DNA from: Octopus vulgaris
Lineage: Eukaryota
DNA: 64,000 bases
Direction of reading: 5' to 3'
NCBI GenBank assembly: GCA_951406725.2
Contig: OX597818.1
Span: 104,594,001 to 104,658,000 of the forward strand
Shown: positions 24,326 to 37,339 of the stretch, piece by piece
Position numbering within the stretch: position 1 is the stretch's first letter
Layout: each line of letters begins with the position of its first letter
Translations under genes and position numbers: made by a program
The notes under the pieces: generated by a model
What the model saw: the letters and a program-made list of their open reading frames with translations, nothing else
Databases searched by the model: none
What the model was told of the DNA's origin: nothing

Positions 24326-25254
24326 AACGATAAATGAAAATTGATGCTGACATCTTGCTGGCATCATTGTTCCTGAGATAATGATTTCCATCACAAGTTG
24401 CTATGGAATTGTTTTGTAATGGCATTTTGATCTATTAACGCAACTTATTACCATGATCCAGTATATATCCCACCACAACACCCACCGCTCCAACTCACAC
24501 ACATATACACACACACATGCGCACAAACACACTCAAATACACACACACACACACACACACACTCACTAAAAATTCCTTTGATACAGAAACAGAAGGTATA
24601 AAGGATCGCAATGCTTAGCTATCACATGAAAGTGAAGTGTGAATATTTGATAAACTGTCACGGCTTATTAATCGTGACAAAACAAAGACTTTATATTCGC
24701 AGAAAAGAAAACACACAAGACGAGTCAGAGGTGCATGTCAAAGACAAGTTATATACGCAAGGAGAGTTTAAAGGTCCTTGTATCACTCCATTCAGTAACG
24801 CAAAGAGAGCATAGTTAATAGCGATATCAAAGGAGTCTCTATGTTTGTGATAAACAATAGATCTTTGATAGCCGTCAGTGTATTCAGGGTTAAGTGACAG
24901 CTAATGATATCTGTTCGTAAGAGTGTCGTTTTTAATGCGAGCCACTAGTTAAGTAATTACTGCTGCAGAAGTCCCAGAGGTTTGGGTTAGTAAGAAAAAT
25001 TATTCGATATTCGCCATTTTAATGTTGATTATGTATGGTTACTTGTGACTCTGGGGATTTGGTATCAGTTTAGACTAAAACTTACTGAAAATTTCTCTTC
25101 TTGCTCCAGACGTTTTCCTTCCGTATGTATATGATTATATCTATGTATACAAGTGTGTATGTTAAGTGTATGTGAGTGTGTATGAATTAATATATGTTAA
25201 TTTATGTATTGTTTTTATACTACCTAACTTATTTTAATGATATATCGTAGCATG

Positions 25255-25487
25255 AAGGCGGCGAGCTCGAAGAAACGCTAGCACGCCGGGCGAAAAGCAT
25301 AGACGTAATTCCTCTGCCGTTACATTCTGAGTTCAAATTCCGCTGAGGTCGACTTTGCCTTTCATCCTTTCGGGGTCGATTAAATAAGTACCAGTTACGC
25401 ACTGGGGTTGATATAGTCGACTTAATCCGTTTGTCTGTCCTTGTTTGTCCCCTCTATGTTTAGCCCCTTGTGGGTAATAAAAGAAAC
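25255..25487 (+). mobile_element. SINE family A with 14-bp TSD
   Basis: TSD GATATATCGTAGCA on both sides. Confidence 0.9.
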
Positions 25488-25494
25488 GGATATA

Positions 25495-25855
25495 TCGTAG
25501 CACTATGTCAGTTACAACGACGAGGGTTCCAGTTGGTCTGATCAATGGAACAGCCTGCTCGTGGAATTGACATTCAAGTGGCTGAGCACTCCACAGACAC
25601 GTATAACTCTTAACGTAGTTCTCGAGGATATTCAGCGTGATGTAGAGTGTGACAGCGATGGCACTTTGAAATACAGGTACAGCAGAAACAGGAGGAAAGA
25701 GTGAGAGAAAGTTGTGAAAGAGTACAGCAGGCCTCGCCACCACCCCCTGCAGAAGCCTCGTGGAGCTTTAGGTGTTTTCGTTCAATAAACACTTCCAACG
25801 CCCGCTCTGAGAATCGAAACCGCGATCCTATGTCCGCGAGTCCCGTGTCCTAACA
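25495..25855 (-). mobile_element. SINE with family D head and alternative tail
   Basis: Head matches 17600-17770; tail matches 62705-62885. Confidence 0.8.
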
Positions 25856-26040
25856 ATGTATAATGTATAGCATATTTTGCATATAATGTATATATATTTT
25901 ATATCTATACATATATACATACATATATGTGCGTGTATGAGTATTAATACATTTAGATAGCTAGACAGACAGACAGATATATATATATATATATATATAA
26001 TCTCCGTACGTCCATCACTCTTTCTGGCAGTCTCTCTCTC

Positions 26041-26134
<94 letters not shown>

Positions 26135-26135
26135 C

Positions 26136-26317
26136 ATCAATTTCGGGTAAGGAGATGAGTCGATTACTTCCACCCCAAAACTTAACTGGTACTTATTTTA
26201 TCGATCTCGAAAGGATGATTTGAAGATATGACCTCGGATGAGTTTGAACTCAGAACGTGAAGACGCGTTAAGCATCATCGCCTGGTGTGCTATCGATTCT
26301 GCCGGTTCGCCGCCTTA
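26136..26317 (-). mobile_element. SINE family A, degenerate
   Basis: Similarity to the A consensus. Confidence 0.75.
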
Positions 26318-26327
26318 AATGATGATG

Positions 26328-26380
<53 letters not shown>

Positions 26381-26558
26381 TTTTATATTTGGATATACAC
26401 TTGACCGTTTAAAGCACATTCGCTGTATTCAGCTACCTTATGCATTCCATTGCCACTGCGCTTATATACATGTGTATGTATGTATATGTATATATATATA
26501 TGTATGTATATGTATATATATATATATGTATATATATATATGTATATATATATATATG

Positions 26559-26631
<73 letters not shown>

Positions 26632-27034
26632 CTCTCATTTTATTATGTATAGGCTACACTCCATGGACTTACTCGTAATTAAATCCATCAATAACAAGAA
26701 TAAAAAAGGGACTGTTTAAATCCCTGACGCATCCTTCTAACAATGTCGATCGTTTCCATATGTCCCTCTTTGGTTTATGAGGCAGCAACGTGACATCCCT
26801 AATGTAATTACATAACACTGTTATGGCGGGTAGACATTTTAAACAGAGCGACAAACTTCTACAGCGATTCTCGTTGCACATTGTCGAAGATCTTATTGAA
26901 GTTCTTGAATATGACTAGAAGCAATTGCTAGAACTCGAGACTAGCTTCAATAGTGCTGTAGAACTTATCGTCCGCTTCTGAACATTGCTGGTTCTTCTAG
27001 TAATGGTTCATTAAATTATTTGTTGGGTGGCAAT

Positions 27035-28429
27035 GGGATCCTAAAAAAAAGCCCTAGGACAAAATCCCCTTGGACGAAGCCCATTAAGTTAAAATGCGAA
27101 AGCGGACCAAACGCAGTTATATTTTTGACGGAAGGGTACAATAAGCAACCCACACCCTTTTTTTAATTTGTTCTACAGATTCCGAAGTTTTTGTTAATGG
27201 AGATTCCGATTCTGACAAATGAAATCAGCATATCAAGATTTAAATCTCACACCACGACCACCCTAGATTTTTTAAAAGCTTTAAATCTCGCCACACTCAC
27301 CCAATTTTTTCCAAAATTTGAATCTCACCCCTGATTTTTTCTTTGTTTTCTTTCCAAAAATTATTTCCTGATTCCACGTAGAAAAACCCATCCTATTATA
27401 GGTTCAAGGACTTAAATTTGGGGGAGCAGGATAGTTGATCACTCAATTTATCAACCTCGGAAGAATGAAAGGTAAGGTTGACCTCGGTGGAATTTGTTCT
27501 CAGAACGTAACGATGGGCGAAATACCGTTAAGTATTTCGTCCAACGTGCTAACAATTCTGCCATCTCACCGCCTTGAATTCTGCCTAGAAAAATGCGGGT
27601 GATATGATTCTTAAAATCTTTTTTCCTAAAATTTCAATTTAAAAAATAAAAAAATTGACACCCCTCCCGCCCTTCTCAAATGCACATCAATATTCCGGAT
27701 GTTTTGAAGCACATTCGATCATTTGTGCATGCGTAGCTGATTTTCAGCCTGCACATGCAGTTAAAACTTGAAGGTCTCTCCACATACTAGAAATAACAGG
27801 CAAATCTCTTAAATTTGTTTTTGATTATACGTAAACAAAAACGGAAGTTGCAGTTTCGAAAAGCTTTTATTTTTCCCAAATAGCAATTTTTAAAACATAC
27901 AAAAAAAAAACTATGCACTCGAAAATAAATAAGTAGAATAAAATAACAGAACACAAGAGACTTTGCTATTAAATGTACATATTTATTTTTTTAATTCTAA
28001 CATAAAAGGGAGGCATTAACTTCAAATGTGTTTTTACAAGTCTAAAACATTCATCATCACCATCATCATCATCATCATCATCATCATTATCACCACCACC
28101 ACCACCATCATCACCGCCAAAACTGTGACCAGCAATAAAGCCACTGTTGCTACTATCGATAGCAACAAACAACTTCATTTACCATAATCATCATTGTGAT
28201 GTTCAAAATTGAATTTCAGAAAATAAAATGTCGATTTTTTTTTTCTTTGTGCTAGAATTGGAATCTCCATTGTCGAAAACTCCGAAATCAGTACAAGGAA
28301 AAATATGGGGTGGGATGTTTATTGTACACCTCCTCCAAAATTATAACTGAGGGGTTTTGTCCACTTTCGCACTTTAAGAGGGTATTGTCCTAGTGTGATT
28401 GTATCTTAGGAGGTTTTTGTCCTACACTC
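27035..28429. mobile_element. Non-autonomous Mutator-like (MULE) DNA element with nested SINE-A (27415-27576)
   Basis: Perfect 9-bp TSD GGTGGCAAT (27026-27034 / 28430-28438); long degenerate terminal inverted repeats (~180 bp, e.g. aatggagattccgattct / agaattggaatctccatt). Confidence 0.75.
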
Positions 28430-28519
28430 GGTGGCAATAAGGCCATTACAGAACACTTTGCCAAGGACATGTAGCAGGGGGTTAATTTCTCAAGAGAAGC
28501 AGTTTGGGTAATCACTTGC

Positions 28520-28720
28520 AGGTACCAGGCGATGGAATTTCATTAGAAGAAGTAACCGGAGTCGAAGAAGCCATTCATCCCTTGAAGAAAAACAAGGCCG
28601 TTGAGTACGAAACTGCTGAAGCATGGAGAAGTCGCACGAACTGTGGGACGTCTTTGTAAAATAATATGGCAAGAAGAAATAGTCATTAAGATCCGGGAGG
28701 GTCAAGTATTATTGCCAATG
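28520..28720 (+). mobile_element. RTE-like reverse transcriptase N-terminal fragment
   Basis: ISLEEV..EEAIHPLKKNKA...LLKHG...RLCKIIWQEEIV. Confidence 0.55.
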
Positions 28721-29239
28721 AACAGAACTCTCATGGAATACACTATATATTCAAAATTTGACCAAAATTGTCTGAAATGAATTTCTGTTGACAAGATATA
28801 CCATTGTCTTATGGATCTGTCAGAGTCGTTGGAAAGTCGGAAGAATTGTGTTGTGACGTTAATGACGGCCTTTAACTTTCTGAGTTCAACTGCTGTCGAC
28901 GTCAGCTTTATATTTCGTCCTTCTGAACCGATAAAATAGAGCATCACCTAAGTACTACAGTGGTTATCATTGACTATAATTGACCCCTAAAATTTGAGGT
29001 CTCACGCTCATGTTAGAATTGTATATTATCCTTAGAAATAACCTTCCAGTAAACCTTTTCGAAATTGTATAGAAACAATATTCGGCTACGTCTAGATAGT
29101 CACTCATCCTGCGAGAAATAGCAGCTAAATCTCCTTCAAATCTCATCACACTTTCTAAAATAAAACCTAGATACTGTTTACATTAGTCAGACTTAGGTTC
29201 TGATCTTATTGTTGATTTCATTACGTTTCAACTGTTGTG

Positions 29240-29470
29240 AAATCCTGTCTTCCTTAGATGTCTTGTGATTCTTTCACAGAGTCAACATGACTTCTTGATC
29301 TATTATCTTGAAGGACTTTAATATCAATCCTGCCAGTTCTCTGTACTTCGTTGCCATCTTGGTAATGTGCTTTTGAAATTATGCATCATTACACATACTG
29401 ATCCTCAAGTCCCTCACTGTCTGTAACTCCGGGATTGTAATGCCTTCAGACATCTCAGAAATATACAATT
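29240..29470 (-). mobile_element. CR1/L2-like LINE ORF2 fragment
   Basis: IPELQTVRDLRISMCNDA*FQKHITKMATKYRELAGLILKSF (post-RT KDLG-type motif). Confidence 0.65.
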
Positions 29471-30059
29471 GTAAACACCTACACATTGGATAATCAGATA
29501 TTAACTAATACTTTATATATGCATAAGGTAAGTAGTGAGAATTCCGTTTTCAGAATCAAAGGAATTGACTTAGGAAAAAATAACAACGGTAGTCACAAAC
29601 AAAGCCTAAAGGCCTGAAGCTGACATTATTTGCTACGACGAGAAACGAAAGATAATCACTGAAACAAAGGTCAACTGTTCTGCAGTTGTTTATGTCTCAT
29701 CTGTAGTGTAAAGATCAACAGTATTCCATTGTGAACCCTCTACGTTAAAGTCTGACTTTAAATGAGATTTAGTCCGTCGTTACAGAATCATTCGCTTCTG
29801 CAATATTAATAAAAGATTAATCTAGAACCGTAGAAATGCTGGGGGTTTTTTCCAGTAAGAAACATGGAAAATTGATTCACATTTGCTTATCCAATTGATA
29901 ACAATTATAATGGTACAGTGAGTATTTACAAATAAGTCGAAAAACTGCCATTTTTGCTGTTGTTTCGTAAGGACACTTTACGTCCACAAGGCGTGTATGT
30001 ATGTAATAAAATGCACATGTAATCAATCAGACGGATACTTGTGAGTTTACAACAAAGGT

Positions 30060-30225
30060 AGGCGCAGACGTGTCTGTGTGATAAGAAGCTTGCTTCCCAA
30101 CCACATGGTTCTGGGTTCAGTCCCACTGCGCGGCACTTTGGGCAAGGGTCTTCAACTATAGCCACAGGCCGACCAAAGACTTGTGAATGGATTTCATAGA
30201 CGGAAAAGTCAAGGAGCCCGTCGGA

Positions 30226-30314
<89 letters not shown>

Positions 30315-30592
30315 TTGTATGTTTGTATGTGTGTATGTATGTATGTATGTATGTATGTATGTATGTGTGTGTGTGCGTAGGTTTGTGTGTCTGCATTTGT
30401 CCGCCCACTTCGTGAAACAACCGATATTGGTGTGTTTACGACCCCGTAACTTAGCGGTTTAGCAAATGTGACCGATTGAATAAGTACAAGGCTTACAAAG
30501 AATAAGTCCAAGAGGGGATTTGCTCGACTAAAAGCAGTGCTCCATTATGGCCTCAGTCAAATGACTGAAACAAGTAAAAGGATAAAAGAATA
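30060..30592 (+). mobile_element. SINE family B with expanded internal microsatellite
   Basis: Head, CORE-like block and tail all present. Confidence 0.88.
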
Positions 30593-30643
30593 AATATATA
30601 TATATATATATATATAATTATATATATATAATTATATATATAC

Positions 30644-31099
30644 AACATAAGGGGGATCAGCCATCTGAATGTGGCTAGGGACAGGGCGGGGTGGTGGGTG
30701 TGTTACTGATGCATTTAGCCCCAGGCGATCATCAACGTCACCAGAAGGGCTGACACCATCTCGGTGTCCTTGCCAGCCTGCAAAGGGAGATCAGCCTCCC
30801 CGAAGATACGGATACTACATACGGACCGGTTTCGAGGTTATTGCCTCTTGTCAACGCATGGCAAGTACCGTTCTTCGTTGAGGGACTTCCTCTACAGGCT
30901 GGATATATAGGGATTTTCACAGTAACCACAGTCACTGGCGTAGAAAATCCGTTCGAAAACAATAATAAATCTCTGAGCGAGATATAGACAGTAACTGCAT
31001 CAGTAACACACCCACCACCCCGCCCTGTCCCTAGCCACATTCAGATGGCTGATCCCCCTTATGTTATAGAGCAGTTACTGTCTATATCTCGCTCAGAGA

Positions 31100-31103
<4 letters not shown>
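30644..31103 (-). mobile_element. Penelope/retrozyme-like element (~360-nt unit) with inverted tail-to-head segment, in (TA)n
   Basis: 30644-30713 is inverted at 30996-31065; 30966-30998 is inverted at 31071-31103; contains a hammerhead; related fragment near 50330-50370. Confidence 0.85.
30818..30860 (-). ncRNA. Minimal type I hammerhead ribozyme with U3-A8 covariation
   Basis: CAUGCG-UUGACAA-GAGG(CAAUAA)CCUC-GAAA-CCGG-UC-CGUAUG: 6-bp stem I, 4-bp stem II, palindromic stem III ACCGGU, GUC cleavage triplet. Confidence 0.8.
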
Positions 31104-31161
<58 letters not shown>

Positions 31162-31203
31162 ACATAATAGGTGAGGACTGAAATCATTCCAAGGTATGTC
31201 TAC

Positions 31204-32131
31204 AGGAGTGGCTGTGTGGTAAGTAGCTTGCTTACCAGCCACGTGGCAACTTGGGCAAGTGTCTTCTACTATACCCACGGGCCGACCAAATCTTTTTGAG
31301 TGGATTTAGTAGACGGAAACTGAAAAAAAACCGTAGTTTTTATATATATACATATATATATATATATGTATGTATATATTTGTGTGTCTGTATCTGTCCC
31401 CCCAACATCGCTTAACAACCAATGCTGGTGTGTTTACGTCCCCGCAACCTATCGGTTTAGAAAAGAGACCGATAGAATAAGTACTCGGCTTACGAAGAAT
31501 AATTACTAGTCAATTCAAATAAACAAATTTTTAAAATAACGAGGAAGACGAACGTGAGGACGTGAACAAGGAATGTATTATCTCGACGCACTTTGAAATG
31601 AGAGAGTTTGACGTTTCGACCGTTTCGTCGGAAAGAGGAAAGAGAAAAGTACAAAGATAGAAAAGATATCACCACCAGCTCGTGTATAGTCACATTGCTT
31701 ATCTATGTGAGTGTGTCTTTTTTCCGTTCCCCCTCCTCTCATCGCCCATTGACAACCAATGTTGGTGTGTTTACGTCCCCGTAACTTATCGTTTCAGCAA
31801 AAGAATCTGACAGAATAAGTACTAGGTTTAAAAAATAAATATTGGGGTCGAATTGTTCGACAAGTACTCCTCGAGTCGGTGCTCCAGGACGGCCGCAGTC
31901 ACACAACTGAAAGAAATTTAAAAAATAACAAAAGAATACATTCAGGAGTGGCTGTGTGGTAAGTAGCTTGCTTACCAACCAAATGTTTCTGGGTTCATTC
32001 CGTGGCACCTTGGGTAAGTGTCGTCTACTACAGCCTCGGGCCGACTAAAGCCTTGTGAGAGGATTTGGTAGATGGAAACTGAAAGAAGCCCATCGTATAT
32101 ATATACATATATATATATGTGTGTGTGTGTG

Positions 32132-32179
<48 letters not shown>

Positions 32180-32400
32180 AGTCTGTCTGTGTGTTTGTGT
32201 GTCTGTGTTTGTCCCCCAACATCGCTTGATAACCGATGCTGGTGTGTTTAAGTCCCCGTCACTTAGCGTTTAGGCAAAAGAAAACGATAGAATAAGTACT
32301 AGGCTTACAAAGAATAAGTCCTGCGGTCGATTTGCTCGACTAAAAGGCAGTGCTCCAGCATGACCACAGTCATATGACTGAAATAAAAGAGTAAAAGAAC
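31204..32400 (+). mobile_element. Cluster of three SINE-B copies (31204-31505 internally deleted; 31740-31935 3' half; 31944-32400 full)
   Basis: Matches to the B consensus. Confidence 0.85.
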
Positions 32401-32970
32401 AACCTTCCATAAATATACATGCATTCACTCACATTATAGACTCTAATGTCTCTTGGAACGGCACGTAGTACCCCGATCACATACGTGAGGCTACTTTTGT
32501 CTTTTATTCGTCTAGAGTTGGATAAAATAAACTATCCGTCGATTTAATCAACTAATCTTTCCTTCCAAGTTAGCAGCCTTGATATTTTTTTTCTTTTTCC
32601 ATTATTTAGCTCTCAAAACTGGTTGCTTCGTTTCAAAATCTGTAGAATGTCTCAGAAAAATATTTAAAAAAACGCCGCATTTGTTTTTGGTTTTCGTTTT
32701 ATCTTTTTTTTTTTATTCAAGTTCACATCTTCCCAGAATCTGCTTTATTCCTCCTTGGTCGATAAAACAAATGCCATTCATTTAATACAATGGGTGACTG
32801 AATCGACTAATGGATGATTAACTCGATAATATCTGTCGCCCTAATATATTTTTGACCTTGAATGAATTTTTGAAATCATATTTCAAAACTCAAGTTTGAG
32901 AGATCACAGCTTCAATACTAAGGACATGTGGTAAGAATTCTCGGGAAAGAATCACTGAACGGGGTTTATG

Positions 32971-33249
32971 GGGCATATGGCGTAGTGGTTAAGAGCTCGG
33001 GCTACTAACCTCAAGATTCCAAGTTCGATTCCAGGCAGTGGCCTCAATAATAATAATAATAATAATGATGATGATGATGATGATGATGATGACAGCATTG
33101 AAAAATACGTTAGGAATGAGAACCCAGGTTCGAAATTTCCCCTAAGACATCTGATGAAGTCTGGAGGGTATATTAGCAGAAATGTTGTGTTAACAACAAA
33201 CAAGATGAGGTCAAATATCCGTCAAATGTAAATAATGTAAATAATGTAC
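32971..33249 (+). mobile_element. Family C SINE, full length, hammerhead degenerate (33146-33191)
   Basis: tRNA head, (TAA/TGA)n spacer, CTGATGA..GAAA with disrupted stem II. Confidence 0.88.
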
Positions 33250-33450
33250 TGGTTTTATGGGCAAAACCAACTGGCAGGAAACCCGGAGTAGACCACGAAC
33301 AATATGGTTGGATGATATCCACAAGTTCGGTCGATCTCGCTTGGGGATCCAGCTGGATCAAATAAAGATGCTTGTTTCTGACAGGACCCGATGGAAGGAG
33401 GCGTACTTGAGGATTCAGCACCCACAACTCTTGCAAGATTAAGATGGCAA
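33250..33450 (+). mobile_element. RTE-clade LINE 3' end
   Basis: ORF 33257-33442: RSRPRTIWLDDI...DRTRWK, a typical RTE C-terminus. Confidence 0.65.
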
Positions 33451-33534
33451 AGAAAATTAGATGAGATGAATTTTCTTAACTTATATATCCTGGCTGTTGT
33501 TTTGTTATTGTTTAGCGTCCGTTCAACTATCATC

Positions 33535-33947
33535 TATTTCTTTACTACCCATTAGGAGCTAAACACAGAGGGGACAAACAAGAACAGACAAACGGATTAC
33601 GTCGATTATATCGACCCCAGTGCGTAACTGGTACTTAATTTATCGACCTCGAAAGGATGAAAGGCAAAGTCGACCTCGGCGGAATTTGAACTCAGAACGT
33701 AAAGGCAGACGAAATACCTATTTCTTTATTACCCACAAGGGGCTAAACATAGAGGGAACAAACAAGGACAGACATAGGTATTAAGTCGATTACATCGACC
33801 CCAGTGCGTAACTGGTACTTAATTTATCGACCCCGAAAGGATGAAAGGCAAAGTCGACCTCGGCGGATTTTGAACTCAGAACGTAACGGCAGACGAAATA
33901 CCGCTAAGCATTTCACCCGGCGTGCTAACGTTTCTGCCAGCTCGCCA
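33535..33947 (-). mobile_element. SINE family A, one head + two body units
   Basis: Near-consensus copy with a tandem ~182-bp body. Confidence 0.92.
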
Positions 33948-34450
33948 CCTACATCAACCACATATATTATCAAAGGCGTTGTAGCCACAACCATCCCATC
34001 TATTTTTCTCAGACAGAGAGTATGTTAAGTACCTTGACCTACATTATTCCAACGGATTTTACCTGTTTGTTCTAACTCCTTTTTTTAAGACCGTCAAATG
34101 TGATTTGAGAGTTATCTTGTCGAATGACTGCAAGGAGGCTAAATTAATTCTTGGTTCAAGACCGTGAATGAACAGAGCGGTAGTGCATTGGTTCACATGT
34201 TAAACAGTACATACTTACTTCGGTTTATTTTCTTCTCTTTATCTTCACTGGATTAACTTTGCCTGTGACTTCCTTGGGGGTAATAAAATAATTCAATGCA
34301 ACCTTTTTACTACAATGCAATTCTATCAAATGCACTTTCTCCCTTTGGAAAATTATGTTGTTTTTTTTATATATATATTTCAATAAACAAACCTGTATTT
34401 CTATGCATAAAATGGATGATGCTAGTTCAGGCATCAAAGCCACATCTCAC

Positions 34451-34503
34451 CTCCATTTTCAATTAACTGTTTTATTCGCAGAGCTGTATCGTTCCAACTT
34501 GCA
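34451..34503 (-). CDS. Candidate 53-nt internal coding exon of an unidentified host gene (..ASWNDTALRIKQLIENG..)
   Basis: Acceptor ttccttttttttctgtcgcag, donor GAG|gtgaga; only one of three frames open; non-repetitive sequence. Confidence 0.45.
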
Positions 34504-35049
34504 CTGCGACAGAAAAAAAAGGAACATTTCTAGATTAGTATTACAACCGTTACTACTACCACTGCTATTACTAAAGCTGCAGCTGTTGGAGTTTTTATGG
34601 TTTTTGTTTTGTTTTTTTCATCTTTTTCTATTTTATTGCTTCTGTGAATTTGCTCTGCTTGTTGAATTTTATTACCTTTTGCTTGGAAATCGATAATGCC
34701 ATTTTTTGGTCGTTCGTTTGTATTTTTTTAGCCCGCAAATTCGAAGATAAAGCTGATAAACTATTCATTTCACACTCAAATGAAAAACTAGAGTCAACCA
34801 GCAAATTTTTTTCAGCGCTTTTATTTATTTATTTTTGTAGAGGTGGCACGGTATGGAAGGGGTGTATATAACTACCTGACTATTTGTAATCAGTGATATC
34901 CATCAATTTTTGATCAGCTGTATTAACTTGGAGAGTAGAGAAGAAAATCCAAATGATGGCTTTCATGCCTTTCCAAAAAGTTTTAGTGATGTAAATTAGA
35001 TTAAAGAAATATGAAATAGATAAGGAGTGAGAATCGAAAGTAAAGTGAA

Positions 35050-35800
35050 CACAATAAGAACACGGTAAACCTATTCAAAGGCGTGAATAGGTCTAAAGTA
35101 TTTGCTACATATTTTGGAGATAACTGGAAAATTATTGAAAACATATTTTAAATACAGCTTTTGTGGTAGTAGAGAGGTGATAGTTCAAATTTGGTGAGAG
35201 ATGATAAAAATTGTATTTGGAAGACTAGCTGGTATTATTGTTTCCTTCGGTATTAGTGAGGGTGTGGTATTTGATGGTATAGGGTAGAGAATAGAATGGA
35301 TTTAAGACTATTCGAATAGTATTGTTTGTTTTTTTTTTACTTTGCTCGCAAAGATGGTTATATTCTAATTATTAGAATAACCAGCTAATAGTTATTGGAG
35401 CTTCAATAGCATGCGGTATACATTAGTAACATATAGTCTACTTTACAGTAATGTGCAGTCTACTAAGACCCTAGTTGACCCAATTATTAAAGCTGCAATT
35501 CTCTGATCGACGTGCAAATGGCTGTGAAAGTCTGATAACAGCGGTTGAAATTGCAGAAAATGTTAACTGGATATCAGAGTTGCAGATCGCCTGGTCTAAG
35601 TGTAAAGCATGTAAAGTCTACTGTATGCTTAAATACCAGACATGTTTCATAATTTCTTGGCAGCTACAGCTAGCAATAGAACAGTAGATTTAATGGTTTT
35701 GAGCGTCAAGGAGTCTTAACACTGGTGAGAAACGACAAGAACAAAAAATATTATCGAATTTCTAGAACAATTATTGTTGAATACAAGGAATAAGAATTTG
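35050..35800 (-). mobile_element. Very decayed CR1/L2-like LINE 3' region
   Basis: Weak similarity in broken translation (..SQPFARRS..). Confidence 0.3.
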
Positions 35801-36379
35801 GTAGTGGTGTTAGAGAAGATGTTGAGGCTTCCTACAGGTTATTTGATCGAACATGCGCAGACATGAGCAATCCTGTGCATACATATACACCATCTCATCA
35901 ATATATTACATATATTGCGAGTAAAAAATTAGGTCTAGCGCCGGTAAAGTCCAAATCAATCGGGATCAATCGAACGCTTTCGATATATTGGCGTTTCCGT
36001 TTCGTGAACGTTACCGAAAGGGCTTCTGATTTCGCTCCTCTCTGCAGAGAAAGAATCGTTGCAATATTGGAGGCATCTGTGTCGATGGTCAGGTGAAATG
36101 GCTATCGATTGAAACGGTTTAGTGTCACTTGCTCTGTCCTGCATTAATGGTTTCTGTAATCTCTTCTGTATTTTTAAACTCTAAAACCTTTTCTGAGGAT
36201 AATTCGAGTACTGAGAGTCACCCTGCTTGAAATGTGTCAACATATGCAGACGTTATTATCGAAATATTGTCAATCATCACAAAAATCGAGATTGTCATCA
36301 TCATCCTAAGGAAATATAAGGTGACGCCCTGAACAAATCCTAATCAAGACAAATCGGTGAGCTTGCAGATCAGCACCTT

Positions 36380-37130
36380 GAAAGGTAAGTCCATGTCGTC
36401 TGTCTGCGTCTTTGGGCTCTGAACAGACAAGCTAGATAAAATGCTTGGGTTTGAGCGTTTCCTTGAGGGTACAGACTACATAATAGAAAACTATATATTT
36501 TATATGGTGCAAAAATGTCGTCGAAGGATGTGAGTGCCACCAAAAGTAGAACGATTTCATATCGATAAAATGATAAACTATCAGACAGCTTTATATCACT
36601 TCAATTCAAAGGAAATCTGAGATTTGGAAACAAAAGGAGCTAAAGATGTACAGCAGAATACAGAAGTCGCAATATAACACAGTGAGCAATGGGCAACAAG
36701 TAGCACACAAGCAATCGCACTAATACTACTCAATATGAGATGACGTATTACAAAATTAAAAATAGTTGGTGTGACGTCACACAAAGGACCAGAAGAAGTG
36801 GTGGCAATGGTGAAAAAACACGGAGAAGTCATATGGCTTGAGCCACCTCAGTGCAAAACCGAACCTAGAATTCCAGGTGTTGAAGATGTTTCTGCATCGA
36901 TGAGGAAAAGAGTGTATAATATAAATGCTATACGTGCAGGAGGAGACAACTTTAAAGATTTTTGCACCACAAGAGAAAAAAGTAAATTGATACCAACTCT
37001 TCCTGCTACTAATATCTCAATCATTGCTACAACTAAACGTACATCAACAAGATCAACAGTTTCAATAGAGAGAGAAAAACCAAAATTTACTACAGAAAAT
37101 GAAATTTACGACGAAAAACCCTCCTAATCG
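36380..37130 (+). mobile_element. Decayed LINE ORF1-like remnant
   Basis: LILLNMR*RITKLKIVGVTSHKGPEEVVAMVKKHGEVI resembles the L1/Tx1 ORF1 RRM (compare LFLPTYQKKRLTKAWICGLP near 19025). Confidence 0.4.
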
Positions 37131-37339
37131 AAATAGCATTTACACAAGCAAATACATGCAAGAGCAAACTAAGACACGCGCAGATATGGCCTTGAGTCCG
37201 AAACACATTTGTCTTTAGCTATTGAAAACGTTTACATATTTTTGACAAATAGCTATTTGCGAATTTGCTACTTTTATACGCATTACAAGATGAACTCCAA
37301 AGAAGTATCAATAAGAACAATCCTTTGCCGTGTTCATTT

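Noticed and set aside
23579-24394. Long ORFs (poly-D, poly-M, poly-I)
   Set aside because: Artefacts of the stop-free (GAT)n tract; no splice or domain evidence.
31605-31642. Hammerhead-like remnant (minus: CCGACGA..GAAACGTC)
   Set aside because: Core mutated and stem II lost; too decayed to call.
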